Positions 13,301 to 31,488 are shown, numbered from the stretch's first letter. The stretch is DNA of 64,000 nt from the human T2T-CHM13v2.0 reference genome, Homo sapiens (GCF_009914755.1 NC_060932.1), one strand, 5' to 3'. Notes: generated from the sequence alone by a model not told the origin. Translations and numbers: made by a program.

Positions 13301-15983
13301 CTTGAAAAGTAATGCGTCATTCACAATCACTCTGATGACTCTTTGAGAACTCATAACTAGGACAGAGGGAAGAGGAGTACAAGGAAATCTGTGCATGTGT
13401 GCACACTTGAAATAACATGAAAAACTATCAACATCATTCTGAAATCACTCTTTATTGTGTATGTACGTTATTGCTTGTATTTATGTAATTATCTCCACTG
13501 CTATCTTTCATTATTTATAAAATAAACATTGGTGGTGCTATATGCCAGTTTGTATGATGATGCTAATATGAAAATATGAATTAGCCTCAAACATAAAGTA
13601 TAAATAGACAACTATAGGGACAGAGTAAGAAGAAATCTGCTTAGTGGATTAAGTTTACAGAGAAAAGTTAGATTGAAGGCCAGTGTTCAAGGTAATGAGA
13701 AGATGGAAAAGTATTCCTGAAAGAGTGAGTGATATGAAAAAGATACTGGCCACGGGAAGCTAATTCCAGAATTCGATCATATCTCAGAATGCCTGAAATG
13801 CAGGATGTATGGGAGACAGTGAAATTTGATTTTTCAAATGATTTCAATGACATATCAGAAGGAAAGGACAAGCAGTTGGTTCTGTGGCTTTTTCTCTAGC
13901 TTCAGGAATATGTGAGGGTTTGAGTCTCCTTGGCAATATTAATTCAAGAAGTTGTTAGCTGTTTACCTGTATTGGATTCAAGATGAATGAGAATCTGTCT
14001 AAGAGTTGTCAGATGAAACACACCTGTACATCATTGTCCAGATGTGTATTTAGTAATGAGTGGCTGGTATTGATAAGATGGGGCAACACTAGAGAACAAG
14101 TGCTAGTTATATACCTTGGGGAAGCCACATGGCTAGCTAGGTGTAAAAGCTGAAGAGATTTCTGATTATCTACACACAGTGAGCCTTGTCTATAGTGATC
14201 ACACACAATTTGAATGCAAAGTGATCAAGATATTGGAAACTGTCTGGTAGTCACTAGGCCTCTTTTTCGGTGTTGTTTTGCATACAGCTGTTTCATTTCC
14301 TGACTTCTTTCTTAAAGCTGGATATATGCAGTTCCAGGTAAAACTAGTAATCTTGTAAATTAGATGTCAATCTGGACTCAAGACCAGTGCTGTTAGTAGA
14401 ACAGAGTGGGAGTTGCAGATGATAGATAATATCTGCACATGCAATTATTATTTTTCATTATAAATATTTCATTTCTCAGTATAAACATAAGAATTAAAAT
14501 TAAAGTCACCAGTTAATCTAGAGATGAGTATTGTTAATATATCCTTGAGATTCAGATACATCTATATGTAATGATTATTAATTTCATACATTTACTCTTT
14601 TATATATTACTTTTCTCACACGTGCTTTTATATTGCTAAGGGTAAATATGCATCATTTTTAGTGGCTGCATAGAGTTCCATTGTGTGGCTCTTGCATTAT
14701 TTATTTAACCAACCCCAATAAATACAACTGCTAATTTTTCACTATTAAATTCAATACCATCTTTATATATGTAAAAATTGCTTTTCTAAAAATTCTTATC
14801 AATCCCAAAAATAGTATATGCAAAGGTCATCTACCCGTTCTTCTGCCCACACTGAATTTACATTTAAGAAGACTCTTGCTGGCTTAATAGTTGGAAAATA
14901 TCTTTTTGTTGGTATTTGTATTTTCTAAATACTCTTAATATAAAATGGAAAATTATAAAGACGAAGGTGAGTATCATCCAAAATTCTGTCACATAGAGAT
15001 AACTATGTTAAAATCTTGGTGCTTACCTTCTGAACATTTTTCAATGCATACATGCATATGATTTTTCAAAAATAAATGGGACTGTACAATACATGCTATT
15101 TTCACTCCACAATATATTTATAAATAATTTCTAATGACAAAATGATATTGTATTCTATGCATTTCACAATTTCCCTATTGTTAAACATTTATGTTGTCTC
15201 TTATCTTTCTGCTATTATATAATAATGCTGTGATGAACATCCTGACATACAGTGTTGGACACTTGTCCAATTATTTTCTTAATATCCTTGTCTAAAAAAT
15301 TGCTGGGTAAGAGTATATTTTATATATGCATATATATATTCAAATTGTCTTTCATAAATACCAATTCCTGCCTTTATCAGCAGTGGATATAAATATTCAT
15401 TTCTTCACACTCTAGCCAACACTGGATGTAATAATATTCTAAATCTATACCAATATAATAGGGAAAAGGTGTTTTAAATTATACATTTTAGATTCAGTGA
15501 GATTATTCTTTAACATTTATTGACTATTATTATTTTCTCACTTGTAAATTGCTTTCTGATGACCTTTGTTCATTTTTCTAGTAGGTAGTTCATCTTTCTT
15601 TTGAAGAATTCTATAAATATTAGAGGATATTAACACTTTGCTATGATTGTTGCTCAACTTTTAATTTTAATTATGACCATTTTTCTGAGCTGAATTTTTA
15701 ATACTTATTTAGAAAAGTCTACGAATCTTTTCTGATATGCTTTCTGCTGTAGAATTTTCCTCACTCTAAAGTTATTGAATTATTTTAATTTTTTCTTATA
15801 GTGTTTGATTTTAATCTAGAAGTCAGTCATTAATTCATTTAGCAATTTTTGTTTCTGAATTTCCCAGTGACATTATAACTCTTCTACCTCCTTCATTGAT
15901 TTATTATTTTTCTCATACATTTATTACTTTATACATACATATATATTTATCTTTTCTGTCAATAGTGTTTAAAAATAAATTTT

Positions 15984-16287
<304 letters not shown>

Positions 16288-17034
16288 TTAATGGTAGATA
16301 GACCATGTCCTTATAATACTTAGTCTTCCATATAAATGTTGGAATATTGTTGCTTCATTCCAATTTTAAATTCATTGAGATTTTCAGAGGCCTTGCATAA
16401 AAATAACAGATTTATTGATAGTCTTCACGTTCATACTATCAAGCCTTCTCATCTAAAAAGTAATTACCAATGTAGTTAAGGGTTCTTTTATGAGTCTTAT
16501 GAAATGCTTACATCTTTTAAAATATATTTTGTGTATTTGTTGTTAATTCTTATGCTTTTTAATGTATGGTATTACCAATGAAGTTTTATATACATACACA
16601 TACATATATCCATATGTGTATATTTAAATTTATATTGAAAAATAACACGTATTTAAAAAGTACAAAAACATACTAATAAGTTACAAAAAATAACTAATCT
16701 TGTAACGTGTAAACCCACTTAACCATCACTAAAGTCAAGACATAGTATTTTTGATGTTCTAGAAATCTAGTAATGTGCTCCTTTCCTATCATGACCATCT
16801 TTCTCCTCTCAGAGACAATCAGTAACTTTACTTTTATGATAGCACCTTGCCTTTATAATTCTATCAAGTATGTGTACATTTCTAAATAATATGGTTTTGT
16901 TTTGCTTAATATTTAACTAAAATGAATGACCGTTATATTTTCTATCCAAACTTGTGTAATTTATTACCTTCATACTTTAGCTGATATTATTTTCAATATT
17001 TTAGCTGATTTTCCCTTTGTTAAAGAAACAATTT

Positions 17035-17252
17035 ACCAGCTGGGGCAATACAGCAAGACCCCATGTCTGTAAAATAAAATTTAAAAAACTTAGTTGAGCA
17101 TGGTGGGACATGCCTGTAGTCCCAGCTACTTGAGAGGCTGAGGTGGGAGGATTGCTTGAGCCCAGGAGGTTGAGGCTACAGTGAGTCATGATTGTAACAC
17201 TGTCCTCTAGCCCAGGTAACAGAGTGAGACTGTTGCAAAAAAAAAAAGAAAG
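17035..17252 (+). mobile_element. AluJ, 5'-truncated
   Basis: ggaggattgcttgagcccaggaggttgaggctacagtgag (J diagnostics), A tail. Confidence 0.88.
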
Positions 17253-18659
17253 AATGTAAGTCTTATGTTGGGTGTAAATTATGTTAGTCATGTTCTCCTT
17301 TCCAACATTTGTAATGCTCATTTAAGTTTCTGGGGTTCTTAACTTTTTGACTAATAATGTTCGTTACAGCTAAAGAGAACAATAATAAATAATGGTAATA
17401 GTGAGGAATCCCAATTTTGTTCCTGACATTAATGGCCATACTTTGTTAGTATTTCATCATTATTATGATACTAGTGGTTGTTTCGAGATATATATGTGAA
17501 TCATGTAAAGCAATATCTTTATATCTTATTCTCCAAAACATGTTCCTCAGAACAAATATAAAATATTATCATGGGACATTTTGCTGTCACATATATATAT
17601 ATTCTGGGGGGATGTCTTTTATACCATTGATAATGCCATCTGAAAACATTATATTCCCTTATTTAATATTCTTCAGGAAAACTGAATCATTTTCTTCATA
17701 CTTCTTACTCCACATTTCTTAAGTTTACTTATAGTGATGCTATATTTTTGTAGGGCCTGTGAATGGGATCTTTTAAAATTATAATTTATACATTTGAGTT
17801 TTATAATTTTTTTAATAACTGGACCCATAATAAGCTCTCCTATTAGATCTAACAGCTTTTTCTATTTATTTTTTAGGTGTTTCCAGTAAATAATTATAGC
17901 ATTTGTAAATAGTACTTATTTTTATGTCTTCCTTTTAAATATTTATAACTTTGGAACTTCTGCTGCTGGCTAAGATGAAGTAACAGGTACAGATTTACTC
18001 TCCTACTCTAAACAATAAAAGAATTGGACAAAATATATGAAACAATGACTTCTGGACATTTAGAGAAAGACAATGCAGAACTGTGTCCCCCAAGAGAAGG
18101 GAAATAAGCAAAGTTAGTCCACTAATTGTACCAGCTTTCTGCCTGAAGGCAGTTTCCAGGCTGCACTGCAGGGAGGGAGTAACCAAACAGAGCCTGGTCA
18201 ATTAAGGAGAAATATATTAGAGCGCAGGGATGTTGGCAAGCTAAGGTTTGCTGAATACTGTAGAGGAGCAATCTGCAAGCATAGAAAGAGCCCCTCTTTC
18301 TATGTGCAGGTGTCCAGAGCTCCTCTCAAGTCTTTGGATAAATACTGATTTACACCTGTGTGACAGAAAACTATCTAAGCCAGAAAAAAAAAAACCAACA
18401 AAAAACAAAAAACAAAAAACCAACAACAACTGAAAAAAACACTGAGCAGTAGTAGACAGGAGAATTTCCGAAACTCATAAGAGCTGGGATGATTTATGTT
18501 TCCAAGGGCCTGAGTGGAAAGATGTCAAAATATATGGGGCATTGAATAGAGTTTCAGAAAGGTATTGTCATAATAGTGGGACTAAGTTAGCATTAGACTA
18601 ACGATTCTGTGGATTCACCCCAAAGTATCTTAAAAACAATCTTTCATAATATCCAACTT

Positions 18660-18875
18660 TCAGTGTTCTCATCACAAAGAAATGATAGTTATGTGAGATG
18701 ATGGATGCTAATTGGCTAATTATCACAAAGAAATGATAATTATGTGAGATGATGGATTTAATCATTTCAAAATGTATACATGTATTGAAACTTCAAACTC
18801 CATACATATCAACAATTATTAAAAATAAATATACAATGATCATTTTTCAATTAAAATATAAAAATATAAAGAAAA
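18660..18875 (+). mobile_element. L1MA-type 3' tail fragment
   Basis: gttctcatcacaaagaaatgata...gtgagatgatgg...atgtatacatgtattgaaac followed by an A-rich tail. Confidence 0.65.
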
Positions 18876-19544
18876 TATTCAATCAATTCCAAGAAGGTTA
18901 GCTGCAGGCTAAAACACAACACTATTTAAGGAACTCAAAAAATTCGACATCTAACAATGTCCAATTGATATTTTTTTTACAATACAATACAATATTAACA
19001 AAAATACAAAGAAGCAAAAAATTTGACTCACAACTAGGAGAAAAATCAATCCATAAAAAAATTCAGAAATAACAGGGATGGTGGAATCAACATAAAAGGC
19101 ATTAAGACAGTTATAAGTATGCCTATATGTTCAAATAGGTAGAGGCAAACAGAATGATAAGAAAAATGAACCATACGCAAAAGTACAAGTGGACTAGAGA
19201 TTAAAAATATATTATCTGAAATAAAAATTACATGATGAGGTTAATAGATTAGACACTGAAGAAATATATTATCAGTGAATGTAAATATATAGTAATAGAG
19301 CTATCCAAAATAAATCACAGAGGAAAAAAGACTGGACAAATGAAACAGAGTATCAATATATATCAAGTAGCATAACATAATGTATAATTGGAGTCCCAGA
19401 AGGAGGGGAAAAAGGTGAAGTAGTACAATAATGGGAAATAATTCCAAGTTTGATAAGTGTGTATGTACATATAAGAATCTCAAATCATTCCACATAAAAT
19501 AAACACACTAAACAAAGTCAAAGGACTTCATTTAAAATTTGATA

Positions 19545-19929
<385 letters not shown>

Positions 19930-20271
19930 CTATGCAGAGAAACACACAAAAAATTGACAGTAGGCAACACTTTAGGAACTATGCAAGCCAGAAAATAATG
20001 GACAAAGGGCTTAGCTGTTCTGAAAGGAAAAACAAACCAGTCTGTTTTTTCTAGGTTTCTTAACCCAGAAAAGAATTCTTTCAAAATGAAGGCATTTTAG
20101 ACAAACAGATGCTGAGAGAATTTATTATCACCAGAATTCTACCTGCGGAAATGTTACAAAGAAGTATTTCAGGCAGAAGAAAATGGTGCCAAATGGAAAT
20201 TTGGATCTATACTTGGGAATAAGGAACACCAAAAATAATAGGTACATAGGTAAACACCAAATAATTTTTTC

Positions 20272-20296
20272 TATATATATAGAATATATATGCGTG

Positions 20297-20336
<40 letters not shown>

Positions 20337-20337
20337 T
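20272..20337. repeat. (TA)n(CA)n compound microsatellite
   Basis: Directly visible; sits at the tail position of the antisense L1 3' end. Confidence 0.95.
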
Positions 20338-20339
20338 AA

Positions 20340-20611
20340 AATACTTTAAGTTCTGGTATACAGGTGCACAACGTGCAGGTTTGTTACATAGGTATACATG
20401 TGCCATGTTGGTTTGCTGCACCCATCAACTCGTCATTTACATTAGGTATTTCTCCTAATGCTATCCCTCCCCCAGGCCCCCATCACCTGGCAGGCCCCAG
20501 TGTGTGATGTTCCCCTCCCTGTGTCCATGTAATCTCATTGTTCAACTCCTACTTATGAGTAAGAACATGTAGTGTTTGGTTTTCTGTCCTTGTGATAATT
20601 TGATGAGATAA
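20340..20611 (-). mobile_element. L1PA 3'UTR fragment (L1PA6-like)
   Basis: Reverse complement ends gtaaatgacgagttgatgggtgcagcaaaccaacatggc...agaacttaaagta. Confidence 0.9.
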
Positions 20612-23140
<2,529 letters not shown>

Positions 23141-25189
23141 TTATTATTTTCATTCCCTAAATGAGACACTATTAGGCTTATGTCTTCTTACATGCCCCAT
23201 AACGTAATACAGAAAAATAGTTTCCAAGAGTTTAATCTTCTACATTCTATCTTGATTTGTGAAATCACTTTTCTAGTTACTAATAAAAATTTCTGTTATC
23301 ATTTAAATAAAATATATGTATCTATCTGAAAAAAATAAAATAGAATTGACTGCATGAAGTAAAAATAATAGCAATGTGTTTGGGCACTTATAGTGAATGT
23401 AGAAGTGAACTGTATGACAACAACGGCACAAAGGATGGGAAGGAAAAATGAGAATATTATTTGAAAGAAGCTGTGATAGGTTTAAGATGCATATTGTAAG
23501 CCTTATGGCAACCACAAAAAAAATAAGGAACCAAACCAAAAAAGGCATAACTAATAATCTAGTAGTGGAGATAAACTGAATTGTGAAAAATATCAACAAA
23601 TTCACAAGAAAGCAGGAAGGGTGATGAAAAGAAAGAATAAATAGGAAAACAATCAGACCATCAATTTTATATCTGTAATTGCATTAACATTAAATGATCT
23701 AAGTTCCCCAAGCAAAAGACAAAGGTTGTATGATTAATTTTTTAAAAGGGTTAAGTTTGTGCTCTGTATAAGAAACCTACTTTAAATATAAAAAGACACA
23801 GAGAGATGAGTAAAAGGATGAAGAAAGATATATATTTCTACATCTAAAAATCAATGAATACTAAGCAGTATAAAGCTGATGAGACTACATTTGTATCAGG
23901 TAAAGTGGTTTTTAGAATAGAAAATATTATTTGAAATGAAAAGAAACTTTTAATAATGATAAAGGAGTCAAATCATCAAGAGGGTAGAACATTCTTGAAA
24001 TGTTTGCATGCCTAATAAGAGCTTCAAAATACATGAAGCAAAAACCTATAGAGCAGAAAAGAATAGACAAATCTTGAGATGTAGCTGGAGATTTCAATAG
24101 TCTTCCTTCAACAATTGATGCAACATATATTTGGAAATTCAGTAAATATACAGAAGACTTGAAGAACACTATCAACTAATTTGACCTAATTGATAGTTAC
24201 AGAATACCCTATCCAATCATAAGGGGACATATATTATTTTAAGGTGCACAGAAAATTCATTAAGATAGATCACATTCTGGATCATGAAATAAATCTCAAT
24301 TAATGTAAAAGGTTTAAAATAATACACAGTATGTTTTTTGACCATAGCAGAATTAAGAGGTTGATAACAGAGGTATTTGAATTATCCTCACATATTTAGA
24401 ATTTGAAAACATACTTCTAAATAAACCCTAGGCCACAGAAGTAATCAAAATAATCACTAGAAAATATTTTTGATTGGATTATAATAAAAACACAACACAA
24501 CCTATCAAAGTGTGTAGAATAAAGCTAAGGCAGTGTTTAGAGGAAAACTTATAGCATTGATTACTTATATCAGGAAAGAAGAAAGATCCCAAATCAATGA
24601 TCTAAACATCCACCTTAATAAATGAGTAAGAGAAGAGCTAAACTCAAAGCAAAAGGAAATATTGAAGATAAGAGCAAAACTAACGAAATTGAAAACAGAA
24701 AGACAATAGAGAAAAGTCCATGAAATCAAAAGCTAGTCCTCTAAGAACAATAAATATGATAAATTCTACAGTTAGTAAAAGAACAATAATATAATATTAT
24801 GAAGAACTTGATGTCAATAAATTGGACAACTCAGATGAAATTGACTCATTCATTGTAATAAACTGAAAGCTCACTAAGGAAGAAATAGATAACATTTTTA
24901 GCACAGTATATTTTAAAGAAATTGAATTTATACTTATAAACCTTCCCTTAAAGGAAACTTCAGGCCTAGATGGCTTTATTGGTGAATTTTACCAAAAATT
25001 TAAGGAAGAAACAGTTGCAATTCCATCCAAACTCTTTCAAAAATAAGAGGGAACACCCCCAACTCATTTCATGAAGCCAGTATTACTCTGGTACAAAATG
25101 AAAAATATAGTAAGAAAGAAAACTTCCGACCAATGTCTCTTATAAACAGTTGAATCCCAAAATAAATAAAAATATTATGCATTATATCT

Positions 25190-25678
25190 GTTCATCTATT
25201 ATAAAGACACATGCATGTGTCTATTCATTGCAGCAGAATTCACAGTAGAAACATCATGTAATTAAATGCCCAGCAAAGACAGACTAGATAAAGAAAATGT
25301 AGTACATAGACACCATGGAATACCATGCAGCCATAAGAAGAATAAGATCATGTCCTTTCAGGGGATATGGATGGAGTTGGAGACCATTATCCTTAGCAAA
25401 CCAGCATAGGAACAGACAATCAAATACTGCATATTCTCACTTAAAAGTAGAAGCTAAATAATGAAAATACATGGACACAGAGATAGGGACAACACAAACT
25501 GGTACCTTTCAGAGGGTGGAGGATAGAAGGAGGGAGAAGATTAGGAAGAATAACTAATGGGTACTAGACTTAATAGCTGGGTGATTAAACAATCTGTACA
25601 ACAAACCCCATGACACAAGTTTACCCACGTAACAAACCTGTGCTTGTACCCCTGAACTTAAAAGTGAAAAAAAAAAAG
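25190..25678 (+). mobile_element. L1PA (about L1PA13-like) 3' fragment
   Basis: aataactaatgggtactagacttaata...acaaaccccatgacacaagtttacc...cccctgaacttaaaag then an A tail. Confidence 0.85.
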
Positions 25679-25842
25679 GATTATAGATAATAATAAAACA
25701 GATAATGTATCATGACCAATGGGTTTTATCCTAGAAATGTAAGGTTATTTCTGCATTTAAAAATCAATACAATTTCCCATAGCAAAATAATAAAGAAGAA
25801 AAATTATATAGATCATCTCAATAATTACAGCAAAAAGCATTT

Positions 25843-25934
25843 AAGCTGGACTCCAACACCTAGGCTCAAGTGACCCTCCCGCCTCAACTTTCTGAGTTGC
25901 TGGGACTATAGATATCTACCACTATGCGCAGCTA
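25843..25934 (-). mobile_element. Alu monomer fragment (FLAM/AluJ-like)
   Basis: ggctcaagtgaccctcccgcctcaac...gctgggactata...ccactatgcgcagct. Confidence 0.75.
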
Positions 25935-27399
25935 CTGATAAAACTATAATAGCCAAAATAAATTTGAAAAATATGAACTAAGATGGACTTAAACTTCCTG
26001 ACCTCAGAACTTACTATAATGCTACAGTAAGTAAGGCAATGTGTTCCACATACAGATACGTGGAACAGTATAGTCAGTCTAGAAAGAGAACAACAAATAT
26101 ATGATTAATTGATTTTTGATTAAAGTGACTAGTTATTTCAATAGGGAAAGGATAGTCTTTTCAAAAAATCATCCTGAAGCAACTGGATATCCATATGTGA
26201 AACAGTGAACCTTGATTTTTATCTCACACTGCACACAAAAAAATAACTCAGAATGGATTACAGACCTTTGTGTAACATGTAAAGTTATAAAACTTCTAGA
26301 AGAAAACAGGAAAAAAACTCTCTTTGTGATTTGGATTAGTATAACATTTCTTGCACATGACCCCAAAAGCACACACCAAAAAAGGGGAAAAATTATTAAT
26401 TAAAATTTAAAGCATTTTCCCTTCAAAAAATACTAAGAAAATTAAAAGATAACTAAGAGACTGCAAGAAATTCTTTGCAAAACACGTAATTGATAAAAGC
26501 CTTGTGTACAGAATACATAAAGAGCTCTTTCAATTTAAGAAGCCGAATCAAGAAAAAGTAGATTTGAAACAGAAACATTAACATAGGAGATATGTGAATG
26601 TCAAATATACTCATGAAACATGCCCAACAGCATTATTCAGGAAGGAAATGCAAATTAGAACTACAATGAGATTTGTGTACACATCATGCCTTAAACTTCT
26701 AAAACTAAAAAGAGAAACAATTTTGAGTATTGCCAAGAAATGCAGAGCAACTGGTAAAGCAAAGCATGTTACAGTCTCTATGGGAAAAGTTTGGCAGTTT
26801 GTTATTAAGTTAAACGTACAATTATACAATGGTTCATCAATCCTATTCTTAGGTATTTACTTAAGAGAAATGGAAATGTGTTCATACAATGACTTGCAAT
26901 CAAATATCCATAGCAGCTTCATCATAGTAGCTAGCCTCAAACTAAAAGAAACCCAGATATCCTTCAACAAGTTAATGGACAAACAAATTATGGTATATCC
27001 ATAAAATGAACTACTATATAACAATCAAAATTAACTGATTACTAATACATTCAACAACATGAGTGAATCTTCAAAGCATTATGCTTAAATGAAAGAAGCC
27101 AAATGCAAAATATTCTGCATGATTTTATTTAAATGAAATGCTAGAAAATGCAAAACTATAGTGGCAGAGTATGGGTCAGTGGTTGCCAGAGGCAGGGGAT
27201 AGAGGAACATGATTGATTTCAGAAAGACAGAAGGAAACATTTTGCACTGATGGCTGGTATCATGATTATGGTCAAAGTGACTTGATTATATAAATTCATC
27301 AAACCTCACTGAATTTTACACTTAAAATTCATGAATCTTACTTTATGTAGGTAATGTAAATACAGTTGAAAATATAACCTAATACTTTTAATTTATATT

Positions 27400-28880
27400 T
27401 TTGTTTTCTGCTGTGATAATGTTGACGAGTACTTCTAGAATTATACTAAATAATAGTGGTAAGAGAATGACCTTATGCTTTGTATTAGTCCATTTTCATG
27501 CTCTGTTAAAGACATACCCAAGACTGGGAAGAAAAAGAGGTTTAATTGGACTTACAGTTCCATGTGGCTGGGGAGCCCTCAGAATCATGGCGGGAGGTGA
27601 AAGGCACTTCTTACATGGCGGCGGCAAGAGAAAATGAGAGGGATGCAAAAATGGAAACCCCTGATAAAATCCTCATGTCTTGTGAGGCTTATTCACTACC
27701 GCAGTACTGGGGAAACTGCCTCCATGCCTTCAAATTATCTCCCACCATGATTCAGATTATCTCCTACAAAAATCCCACGTGTGGAAATTATGGGAGTACA
27801 ATTCAAGATGAGATTTGGGTGGTGACACACAGCCAAACCATATCGGACTTTTTCCTGATTTCATTACTTGTATATCTATTGTTTCACTATTGGTAGAAAG
27901 ATGAGCTACTCATTTGGAATTAAATGTCTTCACCATGCTTAGTAAGTATCTTGTATTTCTGTTTTGCTAAGTATCTCCACAAGGAATAGCTGCTGGCACC
28001 TAATGATCATATGGATTTTTTTGGGTCTTTGGATATGATGAATCAAACTAACATATTTTCTTATATTGAATTATCCATGTAATAATTTATAAAATACAAG
28101 TTTTTATACTATGTTTTATTGTTTTTATATACTATTTTTTAAATGTGGGAGCTTTGCCTTGACTTTCAAAGTGAGATTAACCACTTGTTTTCTTCTTTTC
28201 TCTATCTTCATTAAATTCTGTTATTGGAGTAATAGTTCATAAGTAAATTGAAAAGTTTTCCTTCTTGTGTGCTTTAAGATATTTTAATGAAGTTGTATAA
28301 ATTCCTTGGGTATTTTGACAGCAGTGGTTTTTGAAACTACCAGGGTCATGCACCATCTTGTAGGTATTTGACAACCTTCCTTAGTTCTCTGAGGGTTATG
28401 GAATTAATTTGATTAACTTTCATTTTTCTTGGAAGTAGTTTATTAGAAATAGTTTATTTTCACCAAGATTTCCTGCCTTATGAGAATAGAATCAAATAGA
28501 TTTAAACATGTTATTTTTTATAATTTTCAGTATGTTCTGCATGGTGTATTATATTGTTTGTGTTTTCTCTTTTATATTAAATGAAACTTACCAGAGTGTT
28601 CTACATTGTTGTTTTTTCTCAGAGAGGCAGCTAGTCAATTTGTTTACCAATTGCATATTTTCTTTAATTTCTTCTTTTGTTTTTGTTTATTTTGTTACTC
28701 CTTTCCTAGGTTTTTCTGCATTATATACAAATGCATATAGTATATATGCATTTCATACTTTTACTTTATAGTAAGACCTTAAAAATGGACTTTTTTTTCC
28801 TGAAAAACAGCTTTGGCCATATTCCCTATGTTTTCATATATAATGCTTTTCTGGAAAAATTGTCAGCATAACTACTAAAG
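27400..28880 (-). mobile_element. Old L1M antisense ORF2 fragments (continuation of the 14600-17950 element)
   Basis: T-rich L1 antisense text (aataatagtggtaagag...tttttcctgatttc) collinear with the sequence ending at ~17950. Confidence 0.6.
27481..27845 (-). mobile_element. THE1A/B solo LTR (MaLR)
   Basis: tgtattagtccattttcatgct...ggcgggaggtgaaaggcacttcttacatggcggcggcaagag...cagccaaaccatatc. Confidence 0.9.
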
Positions 28881-28899
28881 TTTTTATTTCCTCAAGAAC

Positions 28900-29200
28900 T
28901 GATTGTGCATTATTCTTTAGACAGTGAAGAGCCAGCAAAGGTTTTGACTGAGGAAATGATATGATCAGATCTATAAAGAAATACCTGACAGCATTGTGGA
29001 GAATGGATTGCAATAAAGTGACACTTAATATGAGGTTTAAGAGGCTATTGCAAGAGTATACATAAGTGGTGATGACTCTGATATGAACAAAAGTCACACT
29101 GCTGAGAGTTGATGTGTTAAAGGAAGGGAAGATGAGGAAACAATGAGAGTCTGATCATAAACTTAAGCAGACAGGAAGGGCCAGCTATATCTGAGACTAC
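28900..29200 (-). mobile_element. L2 fragment
   Basis: gacagcattgtggagaatggattg...gtttaagaggctattgcaag. Confidence 0.6.
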
Positions 29201-30024
29201 AGCTTCAGACAAAATGATAATCAGGTAAACAAGAGCTGAGTAGGGATTTTTAAACAGAAAGTAAGAAATAGAACAGATAACATTTTCTGGCACAATGAGA
29301 CCATAGCCACAGTTGCTATTTTATAAGACACTTTGTAGACATCAAGCACTGCTGGAAAGTACTTTTTGAGAGTGCCAGCCCAGCCATGATGGTGCTTCTA
29401 GATTATGCATGAAGATGATAGGATCTACAGAGAGGGAAAGAAATCGCACTTTGATGGCATGGTTGGCATAGGCATGTTTGTATTGGGACAGGAAAGAGTC
29501 AGTGATAAGGGCAGTTCTATTTGGATTCAGATAATGACATCATGCCTTAAATTGCTGAACTGCCAGTCCATCATCCAAAGGGAAACCTCTTCTTCATCGG
29601 GACTTTTCTATATTCTTATCCATGTACTGCATTGTTGAGCTATAATTCTCTTGTTCTCCTTTCTAGAAACCTTCAACTATGAGTAACCCCTATTCTATGG
29701 TTTAACTAACTCTAATCTATTTTGTATCATGGCTCCCTGCTAAGACACTCCTATCCTTGAAGTTCTGTCAACTAAAGGCTCACAGGGCTGAAAAGAAAAC
29801 ATTTAGTATTCAGGCTACCAACCCAGTTGGGATCTGCATTGCCAAGATTCCAAAGAAAAGTGCATTGAGGTAGTTTTCCCCTTAAGGAATTTTTCAGTTT
29901 GCAAGTGGTATAAAGCTTCAATACTTACTGAAGAAGTTGTGAAGAGATAGCTAAAAAGACTGGTAAATAATCCAAAGCTTTCAGAAGTCTCATGATGCTT
30001 AGGAGTAAAACATTAGAATTCAGA

Positions 30025-30160
30025 GCTAGGTGTAGTGGCATGCACCTGTAGTCCCAGCTACTTACGAGGTTGAGGTGGGAGAATTTCTTGAACCCAAGAG
30101 ATCAAGGCCAGCCTGAGCAACATAGCAGGACCCCGCCCCCCCGCCCCACCCCCCCAAAAA
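30025..30160 (+). mobile_element. FLAM-like Alu monomer
   Basis: gtggcatgcacctgtagtcccagctac...aggccagcctgagcaacatagcaggaccc, C-rich then A tail. Confidence 0.8.
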
Positions 30161-31145
30161 AGAGTTTAGAATCTGAGGAGAAAAGACACTGATAAACATT
30201 CCCAGACTTCTGATAAGGGCTTAAATATAAGGGTGAATTGAAAATAATGAAATCTGAAACCCAGTTTCCAATCAGATCAGATTCCATTTAGATTCAAGAG
30301 ATCTGCCTTTAGCCTAACTGATGCCAGAAATAATACTGAATCATTTCCAGAAGAGGATAACACTACCCAGAGCCTCAAATAACTTATATAGTTTTTTATA
30401 TACAATCTCAAGTATTTAATTAAAAATTTACTGGGCATGCCAGGAAACAAATGAGCAAAAACTAAGAGAAAAAAATAGGCAGTAGCATTAAAGCCATATT
30501 GTTCTAGCTAATAGAGATAGCAGGTAAGGAGCTAAAGATGATTGTGATGAATACACTCAAGAATATTTATGATGACAAGGAAAATTGAGGACCAACATCT
30601 AATAGATGAAAATTAAATAAAAATTCTAAAACTGAACAACTGAAGGTAGAAAAACAATCAAAAGATGGGTTTAACAGCAAATTCCACACGGCAGAAAACC
30701 AGATTAGTGAATTGGGAGATTAGTCTATTGAAAGATAAAAGATACCTTGCCTGAAACATAAAGGGAAATGGGGATGGTAAAATACAGAAAACAGAATAAA
30801 AATATTTGAACATGGTAAAATATGCCAACAGATGTAATTGGAGTCCAGACAAAGTTAGAAGAAAGTGGGACATATGCAGTACTTAATGAGACATGACTGT
30901 TTCTCAAAATTGATGAAAGATATCAAATATTTAAGAAAGGCTATAAGACCCAAACAGGGTAAATAAAATAAGAGCAATATCAATACCAATAAACAAACCA
31001 ACAAAAAGTCTACCCATAGGCACATTACAATTAAACTGCTGAAACCAAAGACAAATAGAAAATCTCAAGAATTGCTGGCCAAAACAGATACAATGCCTCC
31101 AAGGAATGGTTGACGTTTCAACAAAATAATGAAGGGCATAAAACA

Positions 31146-31488
<343 letters not shown>

